Assembly: GCA_965644265.1 (NCBI GenBank)
Contig: OZ286463.1
Span: 81,902,001-81,966,000 of the forward strand
DNA length: 64,000 nucleotides
From: Glycera tridactyla
Taxonomy: Eukaryota
Reading direction: 5' to 3'
Part shown: piece after piece, positions 36,612 through 48,400 of the stretch
Layout: each line of letters starts with the position of its first letter
Numbering within the stretch: the stretch's first letter is position 1
Made by a program: the position numbers and the translations under genes
Notes under the pieces: generated by a model
Told to the model about the DNA's origin: nothing
Database searches by the model: none
What the model saw: only the letters and a program-made list of their open reading frames with translations

Positions 36612-37340
36612 TTATTCATGAGCATATTGCCAGGTACCCAGCGGCAAGGCATCCTTGAGAGCAGCCATACCGACCATGATCGCTCCTCCTACTGCCCGTA
36701 GATACTTAATGAAACCCTTAGAAGTATCCTTCTTGGTTCCCCGAGGATGGAGATGGTCCCCAGGGTGGATTTTGTCCTTCAAATGAGTACGTACGGGCTG
36801 CGAAGATCCATCCGGGAGCCAGTCAAAACCCCTAACCTGGTAGTAGAAAACGTGTTCCACTCCGAACAACCGATCGCGCAACTCATCGTTAAACAGCAGA
36901 CGCTTTGCTTCAAAAGTTGGAGGGGACATCTCCATGCCAGCCCCACGCTGAATACAACTCCTAAGAATGACCACTTTTGCCTTACCTTGCGCCACCAGGT
37001 CCTTTGCCAGGCTCACCAATTTATCCTCTGGCTCGTAAGTCCTTCACGCAAGATCGATAGATCCACCCTGCAGAACCAATACATCCAAACACAAGTTTGC
37101 TACATTCCTAACTGTTTTATCGAAATCCTCGTCCATCACCGAGGACGATGTTTTCATGTGTAAGTCCCGAACTTTCTTAAAGAGCTTCATGTAGGTAGGG
37201 TACGACCGCTCAGGCAAGGAGTGCCCCGATCTCCAGTCAGCCAGGTTGCCATCACTTCTGGCCCACCTGGCAAACTCGTTAATAAGTCCACCAACGAAGC
37301 TATGTCTGACCACGGCCATCTTCAGCCTTCTTGAGTACAC
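36612..37340 (-). pseudogene. SGNH/GDSL-type hydrolase ORF (single in-frame stop at 37044-37046)
   Basis: Block I-like VVRHSFV (GHSFV), block III-like VLQGGSIDL (GGNDL), block V-like DKIHP (DGVH). ORFs 37044-37340 and 36612-37019 are in the same frame. Confidence 0.75.
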
Positions 37341-37466
37341 CTCCTTGATCCTCTTCGGTCCAGCCGCTATTTCGCGGCGTTTCCGTTGACGTTGAAGCCT
37401 TCTAAACCTCCGGCATTCTCATAAAATCCAACTCGCCAAAGCCAAAACATGTGTTTGTGAGGAGTA

Positions 37467-37512
37467 AAGATGGCGGCGGGATCAGAATGAGGCGGCCTTC
37501 TTGTCACGTGAC
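37467..37512 (-). promoter_or_regulatory. Candidate internal promoter motifs: YY1-like CCGCCATCTT and palindromic E-box GTCACGTGAC
   Basis: AAGATGGCGG at 37467-37476 and GTCACGTGAC at 37503-37512, in the 5' leader of the YR element. Confidence 0.4.
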
Positions 37513-37578
37513 CTCGCCTCATTAACATAATTTGCCCAGCCTCGACTTTGGTTTCCCGCGCAGAAGCGAGAAGGTCTC

Positions 37579-37598
37579 CACTCAGCAAATGCCATTAG
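37579..37598 (-). repeat. Right terminal inverted repeat of the YR element (its 5' end)
   Basis: CACTCAGCAAATGCCATTAG, the inverse of 32170-32188. Confidence 0.85.
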
Positions 37599-37842
37599 GT
37601 AAATGGCTGTATTGTCTCAGACCGCCTCCCAGTGAACTGGGGTGTGCCCCAGGGCTCTATCCTGGGGCCGCTACTGTTCACAATCTATATGAATGACATG
37701 CCTAGCCTATTTAATAGCCTTAGTCTCAACCTGTATGCAGATGTTACTGCTCTCTCATATACGACCATCTCCCCTGTCGAAATGGCGTAAGTGCTGAATG
37801 AAAATCCGGCGTCAGAAGCATCGTGGATGTTTAAGAACAAGG
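37599..37842 (+). mobile_element. LINE 'B' RT fragment, right part
   Basis: VNGCIVSDRLPVNWGVPQGSILGPLLFTIYMNDM...LYADVTAL directly continues 31635-32169. Confidence 0.88.
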
Positions 37843-38257
37843 TAATGAGCTACCTTGTGTTCGGTGTTCTCAACTACATCCAAAAAGCTTCCACATCAGG
37901 GTTACAGATAGTATGATCTGATAGATACTCTACTATTCTGTCATTGTGTACAAATGCGGGTAGTCCACCTCCTGTGAGTTTCTCACTATTTCTTGTTCTA
38001 TTGGATCTTATTGGATAATACCCCGGAATGTCAAGTTGTGCATTATTATGGTTACTATTGAGAAAAGTCTCTCCCATCACTTGAATATCAAAATTGGTTT
38101 GGAGTAACAATATATGTATATCCTTCACTTCATTTAAACTGCGGACATTGAAATATGCAATTTTAACTCCTTTGATACTCTTGACCTCATTTATTGTCCT
38201 TAATTGTTTCGTGGTTTTCGAATCATTATTGTAGAAATTTACATCTGGTTCAGTCAT
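37843..38257 (-). mobile_element. LINE 'A' 5' part: APE endonuclease N-terminus
   Basis: KGVKIAYFNVRSL, MGETFL, IPGYYPIRSNR, GGGL, EAFWM; colinear with ORF 39994-41235. Confidence 0.85.
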
Positions 38258-39993
38258 GTGAGTAGTATGATGTGTAAAGAGGTGATATGAGAGATGAATG
38301 GAATAGTTGGTGAAGTCTCAGAGTTTGTCGCTAGGTTGCTTAGCTCTTACTATTACAAACAAGATATTAGTAAAATGAACAGAAAGACTCAGTGGGTATT
38401 TTGAATTTTAGATTGCGTGTGGTCCCACACATGATCAACTTTCTATTATGTTTTGGTGAATATTGAGTCATCCACAGGGTCAGTGGATTAGCGGATTGCA
38501 GTCATAGACACCCTGCTAGTGAGTTTATATGACTAGGTAGAAGTTCCATTCAGCAAGAAACATACCCACCATCAAGGATGATGATATAAGTGCAACAGAT
38601 TTGCACGGTTTTAAATTTGGAAACTTATGATCCAACATGCTGGTCTTATCAAGACACTATTCACTCTTGATGCTGAGGAACTTCCAAGTATGGGGTAAAT
38701 ACTATTGTTGAGATTATAATATTGATATTCTTAAAGTTTTTCTTTTTTCAGAAATGGCAAATCAATGAAATTTTGAATTTTGAAGATCAATTTTTTTTTT
38801 TTTTTTTCTTAACCATGAGTCCTCATGTTCTCACCATATGAGTGGTCCTCGAGGTATCATGGCTGTCGACATTTTGTTTTTTGAATACTATATAAAACCA
38901 TATTTGTCTTATAACATCGATGAGCAAATTCTGAAATAGGATATTTTCCAGGAGGAAAATGTCTTAGAAGATGTGATCTCACTTATACTGCAACTAAAGC
39001 CATTGAGTGTTTAGGAAAATAATATTGTGAATTACCAGTTCACAAATTCTACAATTAGACCCATTATATAGCGTGGTTGTGTTTGTATGTGGGCCAATTT
39101 AGTTTCACAATCTCCAAATCTTCTATCACGATTTTTAGCATAGGATTAATTGATTAATTCTTCTGTTCCTTTAAATTGATTAAATTATGCTTTGCAAGTT
39201 ATTGCTACATTTGAATGTGAGATAGAGAGGGATTACTTTGCTAACAGACCGAGATGTGAATTTGAAGATTTGATGATAATCTCAAAGAATATGAGGTTTC
39301 CTCTTGCATGATGTATGTCACCTTGCATATATATACGCAAATACTCAGAGTATGTGAGGTAAATATCTTTGATTAGTTAGGTTCAAATTGTTTATTTTCG
39401 TGATCACCAATTGTAGAATGCGTCTGAAATTGTGACACAAAGCTATGATTTGAATTTTGTCATTGTCTTTATTTTTGCAAACAAGTTACATTTTATATAA
39501 ATGTTGCTAGCCATTTAATCAAATGACAACATTTCATTTATTTTATTGTCCAAATTGTATTATCAGATGCTGATTATCTATCCTGCTTTCCATATATCAT
39601 TATAGTAACTGTCCTTAGTTGGATTATATTTTCCATTTTTGTTTTGCATTAAATTTGTCACTGGAATATTCGTAAAATTAGTCTAAATTTCCCTGAAAGA
39701 AATTATTTCAATTATTTCAATTACATGAGCAAATCGTAGATTCTGTTTTGATAGATATTAATATGGAATATGAGTTAAACATTATGTATCATTTGCTGAG
39801 TAAATTGAATATTTTTTTCTCATCCCCCAAGGTGTCTGACCGTGAGAGGTGCGGTTGCAACCAATCTGAACTTATTCTACCATCTTGCATAATCGGTAGC
39901 CAAGCTACCATATATGTTATACGGCAATAATCATAAACTAGATAATTATTTTTAGAAAGATTCCATAGCTCTTTTTCCAACTACTATCCAATA

Positions 39994-42901
39994 ATGTCAG
40001 ACCAGGGGAATATTATTAATAACCACAGTGTATATCGCACAAAACAGCTTGATACAGTGGAGAGCATGAAAGTTCTCAAGGGTGTCAAAATAGCATATTT
40101 AAATGTAAGAGGCCTAGTGAGCAAAGTATCGGAAATAAATTTAATATTACTTAAAAGCAAAATTGACATCTTAATAGTAGCGGAAACTTTTTTAAAGGCA
40201 ACAAATGATACGAATGAGGTAAATATCCCTGGTTATTATATAATCCGCTCAGATTGTACATTGGAAAGCAGGAAGAAATCAGGGGGAGGTATCTTAGTAT
40301 ATGTTAGGAGAGATAGATATGTTGAATTGTTGGAGGATACAATTGTCTGTAATTATGATATTGAATCCTTATGGTTAAAATTGGTGCTCCCTGATACCCG
40401 TCCCATTTTTATATGTGGAATTTACCGACCACCTCATGGTAACCCTGGTGTATTTGTAGACTGGCTGGAAGAGAGCATTATAAGTGTTGGAAATGATCCA
40501 TGCTCAGATATCCTAGTAATCGGAGACACAAATATTGATTATATGAAAGTAAAGCCTGGACAAAATTACTCTAAAATGTTAAAAAATAATAACTTATTCC
40601 AACTAATAGACAGGTACACCAGGGTTACTACTGAATCTAAAACACTCATTGATCATGTCCTGGTGAACTGCCCTGATATGTACCACCAACACGGAGTTCT
40701 CGAGACAGGAATAAGTGATCATAGTCTCATTGTAGTATCTCGAAAGAAGCTGCACAAATCTCGTAAATCAACTTTTGTCTTTTTCAAAGACTATTCCAAA
40801 ACAGATTTTGAAAATCTCCGTAAGGAGATACTTGAACATGACTGGAGAGATTTCTACGCCATTGGTGATGCCGACCTATCTGCTGATCTTTTTCATAATA
40901 TCCTCAACAAAATCATCTGCAAACATGTACCACTAAGGAGACATAGAGTTACTGAAAACTGGCCAAAATGGCTAACCGGGGCTTATCTGGACCTTGTCAG
41001 AGAAAGAGAGAAAGCAAATAAAACATTTAAAATAAATAACACTGAAGAAAATAGATCTATTAAAAAAGACATTGAAAAAAGATGCTTGAAACTCAAAAGG
41101 CAACTCCAACGCGATTTTATACAAAATTCTGTAAACGAACAAAAAGAAAACCCCAAAAAATGTGGGAAACTCTTAATAATTTCTGGGGAAACAGAAAGGG
41201 TTCTGTTGATATTCTCAAGATGGGTGACAGTATAGAAAATGCTGAGATTGCTTCAAAACTGAATGAATTTTTCAGCTCCGTTGGCTCTAATGCTATCAAT
41301 ACAGATGAGGTTGATCCATTAGAAGACTTTCCGTGTAATATGAAAGATACCTTCTCACTGAGACCTGTGAGCGAAGAAGAAATAATTGACATTGTAAATA
41401 GTCTTTCTCTAAATAAAGCCGGTAAGGATGATGGTCTTCCATCTAAAATAATAAAACCCTGTGTAAGTACACTGTGTCCGATGATTAAGCATATTTTTAA
41501 TAATAGCATCACCAACGGCGTTTTCCCCTCTTTATGGAAATCTGCTACTATAGTACCACTTTACAAAGAAGGCAAACGGAACATGGAATCGAACTATAGA
41601 CCAATAAGCCTCTTGAGTACTATGAGCAAGATTTTAGAGAAGTTGATACATGCACAGGTTGCAGCTTATTTCGAAACCCATGGCCTACTGTGTCGAGAAC
41701 AATCAGGTTTGAGGGCAGGGTGCTCCACTGGTTCATGTTTGCTTGAATTTCTGGATAAGCTTTACTTGAATATCGAGCGGGGATTGACCAGTGGAGTGCT
41801 CTTCTTGGACCTGAAAAAGGCTTTCGACACGGTGGATCATGGGTTGCTACTTAGAAAATTATCGAGGTATGGGATAGATGATCGTAGTGTGCTCTGGTTC
41901 AACAGTTATCTGACAAATCGTACTTGTTGTGTGAAAGTAAATGGAGTCTTATCATCTGAGCTCAATGTCACATGTGGAGTCCCGCAGGGGTCCATACTGG
42001 GTCCCCTATTGTTCACAATATATGTAAATGATATCTCTAATCATATGACAGGACCCAGTATGAGCCTCTACGCGGACGACACTGCTTTTTTGGTCGCAGA
42101 TAGATCACCGGAGGTACTTGAGACTAAGCTAGAGAATTCTTTGAAAGAAGTAAGCACTTGGCTATCGAGAAATCGTTTGAGCTTAAATGTCAAGAAAACA
42201 CAAATTATGGTTTTTGGAACCAGAAACCAAGTATCGCGTTGTACCATATCTGTATCTCTCAATGACCAACAGATTCAAAAGTGGATAGTTTCAAGTACCT
42301 GGGGGTCTATCTGGACTCAATATTAAGTTTCAAGGACCATGCTGAACATATTCGAAAAAAGACCATAGGAAGGGTGGGCGTCCTGGGGAGACTCAGGGGA
42401 ATCCTGAATAAAGAAACCTCCCTGATGCTTTACAGGACGCTTATCCTCCCCATTTTTGATTATTGTGACATCGTCTACGACAATCTGAGTGTGGCTGATG
42501 CTAGTAAACTGCAACGCATCCAAAATAAAGCTTTCAGGATAATTGCTAAAAGTGAACCTTTTACGAGAACACAGGCAAATCATAAGATCCTAAAGATGCC
42601 ATACTTGGATTGTCGTAGGCAGTGTCACACTCTAATATATGCAAATAAAATTTTGCAGGGTAATGTTAATACCCAATATACACCATTGTGTGAATATTCT
42701 AACATGAGTCACAATTATATCACTAGATCAGTATGTAAACCATTATTGAAAATTGAATATCCACGGACCAGACAGTGTGAGGGATCCTTCAGGTTCAGAT
42801 GTGCCAAATTATGGAACAGCTATGTGGTGAAATACCCAGATTTCGACAGTATGGATCACATGAATTTTAAAGAGACAGTCGAAAATTTCTTGCACATATA
42901 G
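39994..42901 (+). mobile_element. Near full-length LINE ORF2 (APE endonuclease + RT), CR1/L2 group, two frameshifts (~41160, ~42285)
   Basis: NVRGL, AETFL, GGGILVY, IYRPP, GDTNID, IDHVLVN, SDHSLI (endonuclease). NYRPISLL, FLDLKKAFDTVDH, GVPQGSILGP, YADD, KYLG (RT). Confidence 0.95.
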
Positions 42902-45326
42902 CCTATATCTGAAAATATACTATGCTATTTAACTATTTAAGTTTATATACATCTGATGTTTGCTCTAATACTGTGTTAGTCATGCTGCGTGAAATACACT
43001 GTGGTCTATGGTTGGGAGGGGATGGGAAGATTGAGAAAAAGGGGAAGGGGAGTAGGGAGGGGGGGGGGACATGATACTTCTAATGGTTTCTTTATCATGT
43101 TGACAGAAGCTCAGAAAAAGAAAACAAACTTCATTTTTATTAGAGATATCGTTTAATATGTTTCTTAATAGAATTTTCCATGTATATAAGTTGTCTTGAT
43201 AGATTGCCGTATATTGTATTGTCTTGTGTATTTGTTTCTTCATCCTTCGTCGTCATGGAGACGCACCTAATTTTTGGAGCATTGTATATTGTACCTTTGT
43301 ATGATTGACGAAGACAAATAAAGAAAGTAAACTAAAACAACTGTAACCAGAGGATTTTGGACAGTATAATACTGTAAATTCCGAGATTTTGAAATTTTGG
43401 AGATACGGAAGAATAAGAACTGAGATTGAAATACTGTGTTCCTGCTTCCTGTCAGTGGCTAAGGACTGCTGCTGATAATTTGACAACGAAACCTGACTTT
43501 GGTGCATCAGGACAGACTTCAATCAGTTCTTGAAAATGTCTTTTTTCAATGCAAGACTACCATGGCATACATACCATTCAGGTCAAGTCTAGACATATCG
43601 GTGCCAGTAATGAGAAAAGCAATATTTCTTGTAAGCATATAGAATCAGAGGTTAGACACATTCATATGATGTCATCCAATAACATGGCTCCAAATCATGC
43701 TACCAAAAGTACTGGTGTGTTCCGTGTCCATACCAGTGGTCTAGTATGAATCCTAGTAGAGACAATGCCACCTCCTTATTACCATAATCCTTCAAGTGAA
43801 TGCGGTCCCTATGGAAAAGGCCTGCAAGTATGTCTTCATGAGTTCATGGTTTCTTTTCGTGTTGTTTCATTCCTTTTCTTCTTCTTCCGACGGTACCGTA
43901 GCACGTTGTGGTAGCTTGGGGTTTTATAAGACTTCACAAACAGGTGGTGAGTGCGAATAAATTGAAATGATTGCGTAGAAAAATATGTATGCAGCGTGCA
44001 AGAACCTTCGCCTCTTCGTGCCACCTGGGCGCCATGTTATTGGTATGTTACAGAACTCAGAGCCAGGAAAGTTGTTCTTGATGTTGATGGCCGTGTACCC
44101 AATGAAATTGGAATCAAACATCAGCTGTGTTTTCACGACTTCAACTACCCGACATCAACTACACGACGATGCCCTTGCAAACAAAACGGGAAAGGATACT
44201 TTTCTCAGACCTGAACATCAATTGAACCTGATTGCATTAAAAAAAACGGTCGAGATGGATAAAACAATATATTTGGATGTTCATCCTGATGGAATACCAC
44301 CACATGGATTCAATGTAGATATTTGAATGGGTTGCTGCTAAATGAAATATCATTGTAAGTACCAGACACCACATAGTGCAGAAGAAGACACTAATGCTCT
44401 ATGAAAAAGTACTTGGCTACTGTGGAACTACACACCATCATCATTTGTTTTCTGGTTCAAAACTGTATTTTTATTCATCAAGACAGTTAAATACAATACA
44501 ATGTATTCGTCGTCAGATTAACGATCAAAAGGGTTACACCAGTAAAATACGAGGTGATGAGGATGAATATCCATGAATGCTTGACTAAATTCGAAGTTTG
44601 AAGTGGGGAGTATGAAGGATGTTGCAACATATCACACAGTAGAATATTCTCATCATTCGACGTGGGGGAAGTATCTAACATCACACGGCATGGAACATAA
44701 AGTGGTATTCCGACATCTGTTCGATTGAATATACTCATGTGGTTTCAAATATAAATCTAATGTTGATTTTAGACTTGAGAAAAGCTATATTTTCGAGATG
44801 GGGTAGCTAGATTATGAAGGCGTGACTTGGAGGATTATTCCGCGAATAGGAAGCACGAGATGCATCAAATGCAATGATCACCTGGCCTTGGGACATGATG
44901 CAGGCCATGCTAGATGCGTATCATATACGGATTCAGGAACCCTTTAATGATTATGATTCCATTCAGACTGGATAAATCTCAGTGACATTGATCGGATGTG
45001 GCTCAACGGCACGTACCAACTAAAAGGATTATCTATGCTGCGAGTTACCGATCCATGAAAGCTGCATATTATGTCCCCTGCAGGCATCACATCCATATGA
45101 GATGGCAAGGAGAAGAGAATGTTATCAAGTTATATCTGACAGTTGTAGCTGACAGTTCAGCCATTATCCAGACATCCTTTAATGGGCAGCAGAGAGTGAC
45201 ACATATCACGATTCATCACCAGTAATTCTGATTGTCCTCTTCAAACTGGAGATCCGAACTTTTAGCTACGTTAGCTGCCTGTCACCTGGTGATAGAAATG
45301 GTGTTCACATGTCTGGCGTAGTGTTA

Positions 45327-45411
45327 ACTGGATAGTGTCTATGACTGGATAGCACCTATGACTGGGTAGCACCTATGACTGGATAGCACCTATGACTGGG
45401 AAGCACCTATG
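45327..45411. repeat. 17-bp minisatellite, 5 copies
   Basis: Consensus ACTGGATAGCACCTATG at 45327, 45344, 45361, 45378, 45395. Confidence 0.95.
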
Positions 45412-48400
45412 TGCACTCAATCACATTCGACTTACCCGGTTATTCTGCACTAGTTGACACCGGCATGATGTCATCCACGTGAATGGTCTCAGTCTGACGT
45501 CAGCATGATGTTTTGTTCACTTGTCACTAGCGACTCATGGTTCAGGAAACTTGTGTCACTGCTGAGATTGATTCAATGCGTTCTCTCAACAGCCTACAAA
45601 TTCATTACGCTGAAATGTGATAATTACGAAATGCCTTCCTGACAGATTCTGTTAGTCTTCAAATCCTCGAATCTTCATTAATCACAGATGAAATTATTTG
45701 CGAACTATTTCTACGAAACTAATCAGCCAGCGAATGCCACCCTTTCCTTACTAGAAGGGAATGATATACTCTGTCCGTTCGGAGCTGTATTCACTTTCAA
45801 TCTATACTGCCTTAGTCCAGTAGGGCGGTTTCATCTGTGACCGGTGACAAATAACCTAGTGATTTGACGCCCTTGTATGATTATATTGTTTGAACCAGAG
45901 GGTCGGAGTGTTGACGGAGAAATTGCAGTGTTTCTCCAATATCTGTTCATTGTGAGCTAATGGAATCAATTCGAGCATATTGGATATTGGCGTCCGGTAT
46001 TTCTGAGTATGTAGCTTAGTGTGCAATAGTTATGAAGGATTTCATAATCTTATCATTATGTAGCTACTAGTTTGAAATATACGAGTTGGCTAAGACAAGC
46101 AAGAAATCGAGCAAGTCCTTAGTGCATGTGCTCCTGGAATCTGACATCGTCACGAGGTATATGCTATCATCAGCAAATGACCTCATAGTAGCTAAGAACC
46201 ACCCCAGCATGGGGAGATGCATCAAGAGAGTCACCAGCCTCGTTTTAAGAGCGCCAGCCTCGTTCTGGGATTACATAATTGCAATGTGGGATCATAGAAT
46301 TGCATTATGGGGATTGAAGACGGTCAATTCATCAGGATGAGTACATATTGCAACTGAGCATGTCAGAAATAAGCTGAATTGGGTGTGCCTTAACTGTCCA
46401 ATACATCTGTCAGATACAACTTGACAACATTCCATTTTTCCACAACGTCACATTCGTTGTAAGCTTCGTACAGTGTTTTTACTCTTTTGTATCATAAACC
46501 AATCCTGATTTTACTCAACTAATGTTTTGATCCAAATGCAGTGATATTGACCTAATATTCTCAGTATTACCCCTTGCCAGTACCTGTTATACAATATCAT
46601 AAGTATTCAAGTAACTTGCAATCAAATACATATCCGGATCACACACTTGCATTTGATTGGTTGACAGACGTTGTATAAGAAGAATGAAATTAAAGGGCGA
46701 TCCATTCATGGAATAGGCACCAGCGTGATGCATGTATCGAAGTGCTATTACCATGTCATAACATATATCAATGTAACCAATATATCGCTGACATGTATGT
46801 GGCAATCAACAACGTCCTGTGAAATGGTCCATAGGTCATCGGTTACATCTCTGATGTTGGTGACTAACGCCGGAGCGATCACTGGTTGAACACAGCCCAT
46901 GTTGACATACAGTCATCAGACGATGCTTCCGGATATGATTTCTCCTATCTGTTATAGTTCGCTAGATACGCAGACAGCCACAGCCTGTAGTTTTCCCAGT
47001 TATGCCTGATCTCTGTATGTTTGCATGATGGTTGACTGGTAGATATCACATCAGGCCATTTCAATTGCCAGAACCTGGAACAATCTTATCTCTAAGATGT
47101 TATTGTCTGTCATTTTTTTAGATTCTGTCTTGGTAGGGTGCAATCCTCTACCTGAGATTGAATATTGTGCCCTTCACTTTGTGTTTGCATGTATGTATGC
47201 TGTGGAGGGGTATCAATGTAGTTGGCGTCCGGACGGTTAGATAGCGCCATCTTGTTTTTTAAGGTGCTTTGCATTGTGACATTGGTGTGGCTATATGTTC
47301 ATGGCATACACTAGCTTGCCCTACCTAATTTCAGGCTCTCAGATGGTATCTACTGCCTAGAAAGGCTCTCTGATGGTATACACCGCCTAGAAACACAACC
47401 CAGTGTAGATAATAGTAGCATGTATTTGGCTATGCTGCTATTTTGACGATTCCAGTCATACTATCATGGACAATGAGCGTAGCAAACACCCTCCTCTAAT
47501 CGGTTCATTACTATTGAGATGTCGACACACAACTGAGAGACAATCATAGGTTATGTCTAACAAATGTTCAGAGCTGCTTGTGAGAGACAATTAGACAATC
47601 CATATCTCATTTCCCCGTGCATGTTATGTAAATACTCCAAGTTGATTGTGCGAGCACCAGTCAAGATGGATTTTATATCAGACACCAAATTCTAATTGTG
47701 CATGATGTCTGACCCGATACTTATCGTCTTTTTCAATTCAGCCTGAGATGGATACACATCATCAATCGATCAATCGATCGATCGATCGATCAATCAATCG
47801 AATGTATTGACCCAAATGTACATGCAAGCCACATGCATGTGTAGCTGCATGCTTTATCCCTTGCATGCATCACTTCAACAAATCTGAACACAAATTTAAG
47901 TGGGAATAGCCTCTGTAGCCAACCTGCAGATTCTATTCACCTCGCAGTGGAACGAAACAGTCGGATCAGAACTTGAACATGCAAATACGGGAGGCCCTTT
48001 CTGACTCTTTCCCTGGCATTTACAAGCATTATATGGCCCTGACATGTCAGATCCATTGTAATCACCTATCTATACAGCACAATGGGGTCTGCTTGCACCT
48101 GACTCCCTTCCTTATAGCTGGAGCAGTGGCTTCTGGTTGACCGAGAAACGCGACCATGAACCAATATATGAAGCTGTCTGAATGCATATCAACTGCAGCC
48201 CGCAGACAATGGAATATACGATGCCTGTTCAAACACTCGGCTTCAACAGTATCGAATCATCTTGAAAGTGTGAAGAAATACCTATCACACGGGCATAGGA
48301 TGGCAAAGATGCGTGTATAAAATGACATACACAATGAAGACACCACTATGAAGCTGCGTGGATAGAATTTCTGACCGTGGAAGAATCAGCCATGGGATAA

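Larger units (their letters stand above)
32170..37598 (-). mobile_element. Ngaro-like tyrosine-recombinase retrotransposon, 5429 bp, order SGNH-gag-RT/RH-YR, with short terminal inverted repeats
   Basis: All ORFs are on - (see sub-features). Ends defined by the inverted repeats and by in-frame rejoining of the interrupted LINE RT (TCSTC|VNG). Confidence 0.9.

Noticed and set aside
32172-37608. Apparent 7-bp TSD AATGGCT (32172-32178 and 37602-37608)
   Set aside because: The left copy is part of the terminal inverted repeat. The TIR-defined ends restore the host frame cleanly, so the match is coincidental.
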